The position numbers and the translations under genes were made by a program. The notes under the pieces were generated by a model. It was not told the DNA's origin and did no database searches. It saw only the letters and a list, made by a program, of their open reading frames with translations. Shown in pieces: positions 55,855 to 64,000 of a DNA stretch of 64,000 nucleotides. Every line of letters begins with the position of its first letter. Position 1 is the stretch's first letter. Source of the stretch: Dehalococcoidia bacterium (GTDB taxonomy: Bacteria > Chloroflexota > Dehalococcoidia > Lucifugimonadales > Lucifugimonadaceae); the NCBI GenBank assembly GCA_012959765.1, contig DUCO01000049.1:94949-158948 (forward strand), written 5' to 3'.

Positions 55855-55932
55855 CGTGACCGTGCACTTAAAGACTCGTCGACCTCCATTAACTCGACGT
55901 TAACTGGAGGAGCGTTCTCGTGAACTTAAAGA
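55855..55932 (-). promoter_or_regulatory. candidate Pho-box-like direct repeats plus operator-like inverted repeat upstream of pstS
   Basis: The 14-mers CGTGCACTTAAAGA (55861-55874) and CGTGAACTTAAAGA (55919-55932) differ at 1 position, and CGTGAC lies at 55855-55860. On the minus strand these read GTTCACG/GTGCACG/GTCACG. They flank the inverted repeat CCTCCATTAAC-tcgac-GTTAACTGGAGG (55883-55910). Confidence 0.25.
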
Positions 55933-55998
55933 AACTGATGCTGAACGAAAGAAACCGGGCAAACCGCTTGCGCGCAGTTCGTGTGAAGAGGCAGAAAA

Positions 55999-57339
55999 TT
56001 ACGGTTGGATGCCGGGAACAGTAAAGGCGAACTCACTGCCCTCACCCACAGAACTAGTGGCAGAAATCACGCCACCATGAGCATCGACAATGTGGCGTGC
56101 TATCGAAAGCCCCAGTCCGGTTCCGGGTTGCGACCGAGCCGGGTCGGTCTTAAAGAATCGTTCGAAGATGTGCGGCAGATGCTCCGGGTCAATTCCCAAT
56201 CCGGTGTCCTCAACACTGAACCAAACAGTACCGTCGTCGGCCCACGCCTTGACGGTGATTGTCCCCTCAGCCGGGGTCCACTTCACAGCATTACTGATCA
56301 AATTCGTGAATACGTGATCGATTTTTTCAGCGTCAACCGAAACCGGGGGAAGATCCGGTGAGATGTTCGCAACGAGTTCCAGTTCCGAGTCAACGGCCAC
56401 CGCCGAAAACTGCTTCATCGCAGCCTCGACGAGTTTTTGCGGAGCGACGTCAAGGAATTTCATTTCCGACTCGCCCGACTCAAGCCTGGAAAGCTCGAGC
56501 ATCTCGGTTATCAGCATATCCATATGCTCAACGTCTTCGCGAATCATGGTCAAAAACTGATCCCGATCCTCAGAATCGTCGATCGCCCCGTGTTGCAGTG
56601 TTTCGGCGGAAGCCCGTATGCCTGCTAGAGGCGTTCGCAGTTCGTGCGAAGCGTTCGATACGAACTCTCTACGGGTAATGTCGAGCCTTCGAATGTCCGT
56701 AAGGTCAGTCAATAGCAACAGAGCCCGTACTACATCGGTATCGGGTCGTGGATACGGTGCGGCCATTGCCATGAGGGTTCGTCGATTGTCGAAAAGTTCA
56801 ATTTCCGCAGCAGTTTGCTGTTCCGTTTCGATCGACATTTTGACGACACGAATGACATCAGGATGATTTGTTAGAGAAGTCAGCTGCATGCCGGGTTCGA
56901 CTTCTCCCACCGTACCGAGCATCTCAACGGCAGCCGGGTTCGCCGACTCAATTACGCCCTCATCATCAACAACCACAACGCCCTCTCGCATCGAGTCGAG
57001 TATCGACGCCAGTCGAATGCGTTCAGCGGTGTCTTCGATGATGTCGTCGGCAACCCGATCAACAAGTCGATTCACAGCGCGAGCCAGCCTCGTGAGTTCA
57101 GCCGGGCCAGTCGGGTCTAATCGGTGATTTCGGTCTATCGATGTTGCGCGAACTACGTCTTCAGTCAAATCGGAAAACTGTCGGGTAAGTCGCAACGAAC
57201 GGTAAAGAACAGCAATCGTGGCAAGAACGCCCGCCAGAATCGTTCCCGCAACGCCAGACATCAGCGTTCCGGCCGCAACAAGCGCAATCAGCAAGCTTGT
57301 CTCGATAAGCATTCGCCATCTTAGGGAGATGTTGCCCAA
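55999..57339 (-). CDS. phoR: phosphate-regulon-type sensor histidine kinase (TM-PAS-HisKA-HATPase)
   Basis: H-box FVSNASHELRTPLAGI plus N/G boxes, adjacent to phoB and pstS. Confidence 0.75.
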   Translation of the reverse strand: MGNISLRWRMLIETSLLIALVAAGTLMSGVAGTILAGVLATIAVLYRSLRLTRQFSDLTEDVVRATSIDRNHRLDPTGPAELTRLARAVNRLVDRVADDIIEDTAERIRLASILDSMREGVVVVDDEGVIESANPAAVEMLGTVGEVEPGMQLTSLTNHPDVIRVVKMSIETEQQTAAEIELFDNRRTLMAMAAPYPRPDTDVVRALLLLTDLTDIRRLDITRREFVSNASHELRTPLAGIRASAETLQHGAIDDSEDRDQFLTMIREDVEHMDMLITEMLELSRLESGESEMKFLDVAPQKLVEAAMKQFSAVAVDSELELVANISPDLPPVSVDAEKIDHVFTNLISNAVKWTPAEGTITVKAWADDGTVWFSVEDTGLGIDPEHLPHIFERFFKTDPARSQPGTGLGLSIARHIVDAHGGVISATSSVGEGSEFAFTVPGIQP

Positions 57340-57405
57340 CTACTATTACCCCAACTTTAATATCGAAAGTTCACGCCTGAACCCCGGGTGTTCAAACGCC
57401 TATGT

Positions 57406-58128
57406 TCAAACGCTTATTCGGTAGCCAACCCCACGCACTGTACCGAGCAACGTAGGCTTCGACGGATCCTTCTCGATCTTGAGCCGAAGCCACCTGACGT
57501 GGACGTCTACGGTGCGAGTGTCCCCAGAGTACTCGAAACCCCACACATCCTGTAGTAGCTGGTCGCGGGTGTAAACCCGGCCGGGATTCGCCGCCAAATG
57601 TGCAAGCAAATCGAACTCTCTGGGGCGTAAATCCAACTGCTTGCCGTCGAGCGTGACACCCCGAGAACCCCGATTAATAACAAGGTTGCCAAGATCGATC
57701 ACCTGATCTGCGGTCGATTGCGAAACCGACTTGAGCATAGCCATTCGCCTGATCTGGACACCGACTCTCGCCAGTAGTTCTCGCATGCTGAAAGGCTTCG
57801 TAACGTAATCGTCAGCACCTGATTCAAGACCACCAACTCGATCGAGTTCGGCATCACGAGCGGTCAACATGATGATCGGAACAATCGATCCGTCACCGCG
57901 AACCGCCTTGCAAACCTCGAGTCCGCTCAACCCTGGAAGCATCAGATCCAGCACGATCACGTCTGGGCTGTATTGCCGAGCGCTTACCAGACCTTCACCA
58001 CCGTCATCGGCTACAAGTACTTCGTAGCCTTCAGCAACAAGGTTGTAGCGCAGTGCTTCCCGCAGAGTTCGATCATCCTCAACTACAAGAATCTTGAATT
58101 TTCGATCAGATATGGGAAATTCAGGCAA
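57406..58128 (-). CDS. phoB: OmpR/PhoB-family response regulator
   Basis: Receiver (ILVVEDD.., VIVLDLMLPG) plus a winged-helix output domain (..TVDVHVRWLRLKIE..). It ends TGA ACA TAG. Confidence 0.85.
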   Translation of the reverse strand: MPEFPISDRKFKILVVEDDRTLREALRYNLVAEGYEVLVADDGGEGLVSARQYSPDVIVLDLMLPGLSGLEVCKAVRGDGSIVPIIMLTARDAELDRVGGLESGADDYVTKPFSMRELLARVGVQIRRMAMLKSVSQSTADQVIDLGNLVINRGSRGVTLDGKQLDLRPREFDLLAHLAANPGRVYTRDQLLQDVWGFEYSGDTRTVDVHVRWLRLKIEKDPSKPTLLGTVRGVGYRISV

Positions 58129-58250
58129 CGAATAATCTCAGTTGAACTCACCCCATGCTGAAGCACGGAACCGAAAGTGAGCTGCGTGTGGAGATTATAC
58201 GTTCCCGTTACAAAATTCTTAGTCGAATACGGGAGCCAGAACCGGGCGTG

Positions 58251-60118
58251 TTAAGCAGCGATCGTTCCGGTGGACTCGCTGCCAGTGTCGTCATCGGTGA
58301 ATTCGCGCGGTAGCTTGATCGTCACAGTCTTGCCTTCGCCAGGCTTACTGGTTACCGCAATGTTGCCACTGTGGAACTCGCCGATTGTTTTGCAGAAGTA
58401 GAGACCGATTCCAGTACCCGACTCTGCCCGAGTGCCTTCATTATCGGCCCGGAAAAAGGCTGCGAAAACGTGGGGGACATCTCCGGGATCGATCCCGATA
58501 CCCTGATCTGCAACTCGAATTTCCACACCATCGTCACCGTCGGACTCAACAACCACTGTGATTTCAGTATTTCCAGGAGAATACTTCGAGGCGGTCGTAA
58601 CGAGGTTCGAAATTACCTGCGACATCCGAGTCTGGTCGGCGAACATTTCGATCGGCTCTTCAGGTAGATCAAGGGTCAGAGTCTGCTTGGCCTCCGAAAG
58701 GATCGGCGTAAATGATTCCGTAAGCTCTACCAGTACATCGAGAATATGGAATCTCGTCGGCTCGAGTTCAAACTTACCTTCTTCAATGTGAGTAGCGTCG
58801 AGCAAGTCATCTATCAGAACGGCAAGTCATCGACCACTGCGCTGAATAATTCCCAACTGGCGTTCTTGCTTCTCGATCAGGTTGCCCAGCTTGTTGCGTT
58901 TCAGCATATCGGCGAACGCCAGAATGTTTGTAAGCGGTGTTCGCAGCTCGTGAGAAACCGTTGTTAGGAAATCTGATTTTGCCGTGGCAACACGCTGCAA
59001 CTCGCGGCTTTCGGCCTCTCCACGCTCCCACTCAAGGCGGGTTTCTGCCAGTTCCATAGAACGGGCTGCATTTCTGCTGCGGCGATAGCTCCTGCAATGC
59101 TCGATGCAACGGTGTTGAGCAGTGAAAAATGGTGCCGCAGGTAGTGTTGTCGAGTAGAGCCAATTACGGAAAGCGTTCCGACAATCGACCCACCGACCTT
59201 CATCTCTGAAGTCAAAATATGATGGCGAGATGGATCGCTGGTAACAGAAGCCACACCGTAAGACCATCGGTCTACGGTTTCGTCATTGACTCCGGTTGCC
59301 AGCGATATTGAAACACCATCTGCTGGAATAATTTTCCAAAGATCATGCGCTAAATCGGGCATGGACCTTTCGATATCCAGCGAAGAACTGATCGTTTTGG
59401 CGAGTGCGGAGACGGTCTCGCGTTCGATTAGTTCACGACGCAGTCGCTTGTGCAAACGCAAGTTAGCGAAAGAACCAGCAACTGCATCAGCCAGTATTTG
59501 TGCGGTGTAGACGTTGGCGTCGTCGTAGGTTTGGGGCATACGAGATGCGACCATCAACACGCCAATTACAGTGCCGTCTGCAATGATCGGGACAGTGATC
59601 ATTGAGCGCAGTCCCGATCTGTACATCCACCAGGCTGGAGACTTGCCATCGCTGGCGGCCTGCTCAACCTCGCACATTGCTGCTGACTTGGTCGAAAACA
59701 CCTCTGGCTGGGGCACAGCGTCGAGGCTTATCGACCAGTCGTCGGACAATCCGTTGACCCTTGTTCCACACTGGATCAAGTTCTCAACGGCCCACTCGGA
59801 ATGATCGACCTGTGCCAAACAAAAGCAATCGAAATCGATCAATTTTGCCAGGTGGGCCGAAAATCTCTCCGGGTGCTTGGGTAACTCGAAGTTATCTCCG
59901 AGAATTTGTCCGGTTTCCAGTAGAAGTTTGGTCGTGTCGTCTCGACGCGATGTCCAACCGTTAACCTTTGACAGCCAGCTTTGAAACCGGCCAGGGTGGT
60001 TTGACTTCGAGGGGTATGTCGATTCGGCTTGTGCCGTAGGGGGGGCTGGGACCGTGTAACTACCGGGTAAAAACCAGTGCTGCTGCACCGGCATATATCC
60101 AGTATTCAGCCCTAACAC
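58251..60118 (-). pseudogene. GAF-domain sensor histidine kinase interrupted by one frameshift and one in-frame TGA
   Basis: ORF 58964-60118 holds the GAF region. ORF 58827-59267 holds the H-box region, TAKSDFLTTVSHELRTPL. ORF 58251-58805 holds the HATPase domain. The first join needs a frame shift around 59067-59085. The second join is in frame across TGA 58827-58829. Confidence 0.7.
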
Positions 60119-60266
60119 CGGTTGCGCCTATGGCCAGTTGGCTTCCGTGGGATCACATAAAGGTTCGCCACAGGTAAGACTACTGGCTCATCGGCTCAGA
60201 TGTGACCCCTATGGCTCACTGCGGTTTACGCATGGGTGGTCACACGCACTGTTACCGCCCCCTAGT

Positions 60267-61334
60267 TCAAACCAACTCAGTTTGCCCGGAATCAACTGAA
60301 CGATATGCCGCGTCGATCATCTCCACGGCTCGCATACCGGCCCATCCAGGAGCCCAATTGGTTGAGCCCTTGCCGCTCACGATATCCGCAAAGTTAGCCG
60401 TTGGGCCTCCGCCGAAATACGCACCGGCATCAGGTTTGAGGTCCATGTCGAAATTGTTGCCATCATGACGAAGTACTTCGAGTCTCGCTCGATCACAGTC
60501 GACAGTCATCACACCCTCAGAGCCGAATATACGTACGTCGAGTTGGAACTGCTGGTTATCGGGCAACGCACCTGCCCCGCTGAATGAGCCTATCGCACCA
60601 CCCTTGAACCGAACGGTGAACGAGTCGTACAGCTCAACCTTGCTGGTTGGAGCAGATGTGAGTGCCGCTACCGATTCGGCAGCAAGACCGGTGAGCCAGT
60701 AGGCCAATCCTGCCGAGTGCGACATTTGAGCCAGTGCGTACCCTCCACCGGCAACCACAGGATCGGCCCAGGTATCGGCATCGGGCTCGAACATGTTGTC
60801 GCCCGCTCCACCACCGGTCGAAAGAAATTTCTTGCCCTCAAGAAGAGCGCGTACGGGCGATGCCATGTGACACATAACGAACTCAATATCGCCAACCGCA
60901 CCTTCATCCATGCGACGCTTTGCCTCCTGGATGAAAGCGCCGTAATGCCATCCATATGGAACCATCAACTCGACACCCTGGCGCTCGGCCTCTTCAACCA
61001 ACGCCCGGGCTTCACTGGCCTTCGTGGTCATTGGCTTCTCGCAAAGCACGTGTAAGCCCTTTTTGAGGGCCGCCATTGCGTGTTCGTAATGGAGTGTGTG
61101 GGGTGAAGCGACTACGACACCTTTGAGACCGGGAGTTTCGAGAAGCTCTTCGTAGCTCTCTGTGGCATGAGTGAACCTGAATCTGGATTTGACCTGTTGC
61201 AGCTCGTCGGCACCAAGTCGGCACACGCTGGCAAGCTCTATGTCGTCACGTTCTACCAACACCGGCAGGTGATTTGCAGTTGCCCACCAGCCTGCGCCAA
61301 TAAGTCCAATTTTCGATTTTTTGGAGTCTGTCAT
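60267..61334 (-). CDS. Gfo/Idh/MocA-family oxidoreductase
   Basis: KIGLIGAGWWA Rossmann N-terminus and EKPM block. Confidence 0.85.
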   Translation of the reverse strand: MTDSKKSKIGLIGAGWWATANHLPVLVERDDIELASVCRLGADELQQVKSRFRFTHATESYEELLETPGLKGVVVASPHTLHYEHAMAALKKGLHVLCEKPMTTKASEARALVEEAERQGVELMVPYGWHYGAFIQEAKRRMDEGAVGDIEFVMCHMASPVRALLEGKKFLSTGGGAGDNMFEPDADTWADPVVAGGGYALAQMSHSAGLAYWLTGLAAESVAALTSAPTSKVELYDSFTVRFKGGAIGSFSGAGALPDNQQFQLDVRIFGSEGVMTVDCDRARLEVLRHDGNNFDMDLKPDAGAYFGGGPTANFADIVSGKGSTNWAPGWAGMRAVEMIDAAYRSVDSGQTELV

Positions 61335-61338
61335 TCAG

Positions 61339-61560
61339 CTATTTCTCCTTCTTGTCGTTTTCGGCCAGCCCCAACATGTCTATCACGTCCTTAAGGGCTG
61401 AATCGGTCACCTGCTTCTTCGAGCCTTTGCCACGCTGCGATTTCGGTTTTCGCTTCTTTTTCACCTTTGGGCGTGCTGCCTCAAGACGACGCGCCTGGCA
61501 TGTTGTGCAGGTACACGTCTTGGGATGTTTGCTATCGGTGCGGTGGTGACGTTCTCTCAT
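61339..61560 (-). CDS. small, very basic hypothetical protein (CxCxxC)
   Basis: 73-aa ORF ending 4 nt before the Gfo start. It contains ..KTCTCTTCQARR..KVKKKRKPKSQRGKGSKK.. Confidence 0.35.
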   Translation of the reverse strand: MRERHHRTDSKHPKTCTCTTCQARRLEAARPKVKKKRKPKSQRGKGSKKQVTDSALKDVIDMLGLAENDKKEK

Positions 61561-61665
61561 GATTCGAGATTCTAGTCGAACGTCGCGCCGTGCGAGACAG
61601 CTTCAACGGTCTTGCTGACGACATCCGAAGCAGCGAAATGCCAAACTACCTCGTAAAATCTTCCG

Positions 61666-62261
61666 ATGATCATCCACTTCGTGCGTCATGGACAGCCCCA
61701 GATGGGCCACGACGGTCTTTATGTACCCAACGCTGGCCTGAGACCGAACTGGGACGCCAGCAGGCAGCACAGCGCATTGCGTCGCTCAACCCCGACGCCT
61801 CGTTCACCAGCAACGTGGCGCACGCGATAGAAACAGCCGATAATTTCTTCAGTATCACGAGCCAACAGGTACACCAGATACCCAATCTGGCCGAACTCAA
61901 TACCGGCAACATCTGGGCCACGCCGGTTGAGTTCAAGCGCCAGGTAGCTACCGGCGATTATCAGCTCGACTACAAAAGCATTGGTGGCGAAACGATCTCC
62001 GAATTCAGAAGTCGCGTTAGAAACGGGTTCGCCGAGTTGCTGCAAACCAGTGCATCACGACGCCTGAACGTAATTGCAGCGTTCCTGCACGAAGGAGTGA
62101 TCGGGACGATCATCGACCATCTTGAAGGTCGCGATCAATTCGACTCAAAACGACGCGAGATGATGCCGTACGGTTCGCCAATAACCGTCGACACAGAAAG
62201 CAACGCGCCGCACTTCCCCGGATTCTGGGACACAGATCATCTGGATGTAATTACTGGTTAG
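61666..62261 (+). pseudogene. histidine-phosphatase (phosphoglycerate-mutase-like) family protein, frameshifted
   Basis: The frame from ATG 61666 gives MIIHFVRHGQPQMGHDGLYVPNAGL, which includes the RHG motif. The rest (..ELGRQQAAQRIASL...GGETISEF...AAFLHEGVIG..) lies in the frame of ORF 61590-62261. The shift is around 61738-61745. Confidence 0.6.
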
Positions 62262-62279
62262 TTGCCGAGTAGCCGCCAG

Positions 62280-63710
62280 CTAGTGAAACGCAGGGTGGTA
62301 CCCACCGGTGTCTCGTTCGATCATCTGGTTCACATCAGAAATCGTCAGTGGGTTTTGGGGCCAGTCTTCGGGCGCAACATGTGATAACCGAAGCAGCAGT
62401 CGAGCCAGTTGGCCTGCGTATTCCTTCAACTCACGCACGTTCAGCTTGTTCGCCGCATCGCCAATTTCATGATGGAAGTTCGCATCTTCGTGTCGACCCC
62501 AGAATCGCCATCGCCACGTAATCGAAGCATCAACGGCCTGTTCAACGAACGGGAAGTGATCTGAATGGGCGTCCATGTGATCGAGAACGTGGCACTTCAA
62601 GCCATCGTCCATCGTGTCGAGCTGCTCCTGCATGAACCGTCTCAGGTGCGGGAATGCCAGAACAATGCCCTTCATGTGACCGGTCGAAAGCTCGTCCAGA
62701 TTTATGTTAAGCAACGGTGCAAACTCTCGATTATCAGCCCCATCTAAGTAGTGCCGGGCGACGTAAGTCTTTGAGCCCTGCAGGTGCTGTTCTTCCGCAC
62801 TCCAGGTAGCGAAACGAATCGACATTCCCGGCTTCACCCCGAGTTCACGACCCAGCGCCGCCATAACTCGCGCCGTTTCCATCACGCCGATAGTTCCCGA
62901 TGTGTTGTCGTTAGCTCCGGGAGTTTTGAGCACGGTGTCGTGGTGACCGGCAAGGATCAGGTGTCGATCCGGATGAGTTTCGCCTTTGATTTCGGCGATG
63001 GTGTTGTACGCCTCGGAATCGAAATACTTCGCATCTACAGAAACTCGAATACGAGGCGATGTGCTGGCGATTCGCTGCAAGTACGCCCCGTCTTCCGAAC
63101 TGGTCTTCACAACCGCAATGGCGTCCTTCTGAGGTCCAACATTCAGCCACTCATCGGAGTTAGCGTACTCCATCCGACCGCCCGTTTTGGGCTCGATGGC
63201 GACCACACAGGCCGCACCAGCGTTGGCGAGCCGCAGAATACGAGCGGTGAACGGCTCGGCTGCTGTGAACGGTTCGGGCTTTATATTGGCGAGCATCACC
63301 GATCCCTTGATCCGATTCCCCAGCGCATCCACTTCGTGCGCAGAAGCGAAACCAGCGTCTACCAGCGGAGTCGTCACGTCGATCGCCTTGCAACGAAGAA
63401 ACGGAAGCGAGGCGATTTTTCTGTCGTTGTCGTCCGGCAGGGTTATCGATACATCGCCGTGATTCCACGTTTCCATCGTGAACGGCTCAATGTCCGCTCG
63501 GTCAAGGCCGGCGGTTTCCATTTGAGACCGGATGTACTCAGCTGCCCTGCGATCTTCCGGTGAGCCGCCCCAGCGGGGTCCAATGACATCGGCAAGCTCG
63601 GTTAGGTGCTGCTTGATTAGCGATCCCGACCATGCTTCGCCCATCAGGAATCGATCTATTTCGTGCCAGTTCAGTTCCAAAAGAATCACCTTTGCGCCTG
63701 ATCCACTCAC
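62280..63710 (-). CDS. M28-family zinc aminopeptidase (with PA-like insert)
   Basis: ..LAGHHDTV..GANDNTSGT..FATWSAEEQHLQGS.. Confidence 0.8.
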   Translation of the reverse strand: MSGSGAKVILLELNWHEIDRFLMGEAWSGSLIKQHLTELADVIGPRWGGSPEDRRAAEYIRSQMETAGLDRADIEPFTMETWNHGDVSITLPDDNDRKIASLPFLRCKAIDVTTPLVDAGFASAHEVDALGNRIKGSVMLANIKPEPFTAAEPFTARILRLANAGAACVVAIEPKTGGRMEYANSDEWLNVGPQKDAIAVVKTSSEDGAYLQRIASTSPRIRVSVDAKYFDSEAYNTIAEIKGETHPDRHLILAGHHDTVLKTPGANDNTSGTIGVMETARVMAALGRELGVKPGMSIRFATWSAEEQHLQGSKTYVARHYLDGADNREFAPLLNINLDELSTGHMKGIVLAFPHLRRFMQEQLDTMDDGLKCHVLDHMDAHSDHFPFVEQAVDASITWRWRFWGRHEDANFHHEIGDAANKLNVRELKEYAGQLARLLLRLSHVAPEDWPQNPLTISDVNQMIERDTGGYHPAFH

Positions 63711-63914
63711 GCGGACGGCTTACTCGTCAATCGCTCCAAAAAGGAGATGCGCAGTATATTACGCACGACTAAGCCGTGTTTGGACTCGAGTTCGATATCA
63801 ACTACTCATGGATTTTTGGCGAGTTATGAGCAGTAATTTGCTAGCCTCGAACTAGAAATCGGGAGTGCTTCACACTGGCACCACTTGAAAGATGACATGC
63901 AAAGGAGACCAGCG

Positions 63915-64000
63915 ATGATCGTCACAACTACTCGGGATGTTCCGGGGCGAGAGATTACCGAGATCGTTGGGCTTGCCCGGGGCAACTCGGTTAGAGCACG
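63915..64000 (+). CDS. YbjQ/UPF0145-family protein (3' end cut by window edge)
   Basis: AAAGGAG RBS followed by MIVTTTRDVPGREITEIVGLARGNSVRA. Confidence 0.7.
   Translation, partial: MIVTTTRDVPGREITEIVGLARGNSVRA

Noticed and set aside
1-64000. Wholesale reassignment of TGA to a single amino acid (genetic code 4 or 25)
   Set aside because: The three in-frame TGAs align with different expected residues: the Cys of CxxC, a conserved Trp, and a variable His/Arg-type position. TGA still closes six ORFs, including an ATGA stop/start overlap at 52386-52389. In-frame TAG and TAA codons and frameshifts also occur, so decay or error explains at least two of the three.

Overview
This is a gene-dense bacterial chromosomal window with about 65 protein-coding loci. 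I recognised no rRNA, tRNA, CRISPR array, transposase or phage gene. Housekeeping genes are present: partial prs, ispH, fhs, acnA, a ZnuA-like binding protein, pstSCA with phoR-phoB, tatD and a ybaK-like gene. They are interleaved with a strongly paralogous organic-acid/sugar-acid catabolic repertoire: 4 enolase-superfamily (mandelate racemase/MLE-type) genes, 3 UxuA-like genes, 2 xylose-isomerase-like TIM barrels, SDRs, 2 aldo/keto reductases, 2 Gfo/Idh/MocA oxidoreductases, an amidohydrolase, a split ThDP decarboxylase (ComD/ComE-like) and 4 MFS transporters. There are also tandem DinB, HAD and lipoprotein pairs. The content is reminiscent of marine Chloroflexota (SAR202-like) genomes, but that is inference only. 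Main second-look items: (1) An ORF missing from the ORF track encodes an ArsC/Spx-family protein with an in-frame TGA exactly at the first Cys of the CxxC motif and a SECIS-like hairpin downstream, so it is a candidate selenoprotein. (2) Stop-codon usage is atypical (TAG 38, TAA 21, TGA 6 by manual tally), and three in-frame TGAs occur. (3) About eight genes are interrupted by 1-nt frameshifts or nonsense codons, from either decay or assembly error. (4) A family of GC-rich REP/MITE-like hairpin repeats occurs as inverted pairs in intergenic gaps of the catabolic operons. (5) A string of single-domain regulators (GntR HTH, receiver, H-box-LuxR chimera) lies head to tail. (6) Two translationally coupled UxuA-like paralogues sit in an enolase-SDR operon. 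(7) The pstSCA operon lacks pstB. (8) A tandem pair of Cys-containing lipoproteins belongs to no family I recognise.
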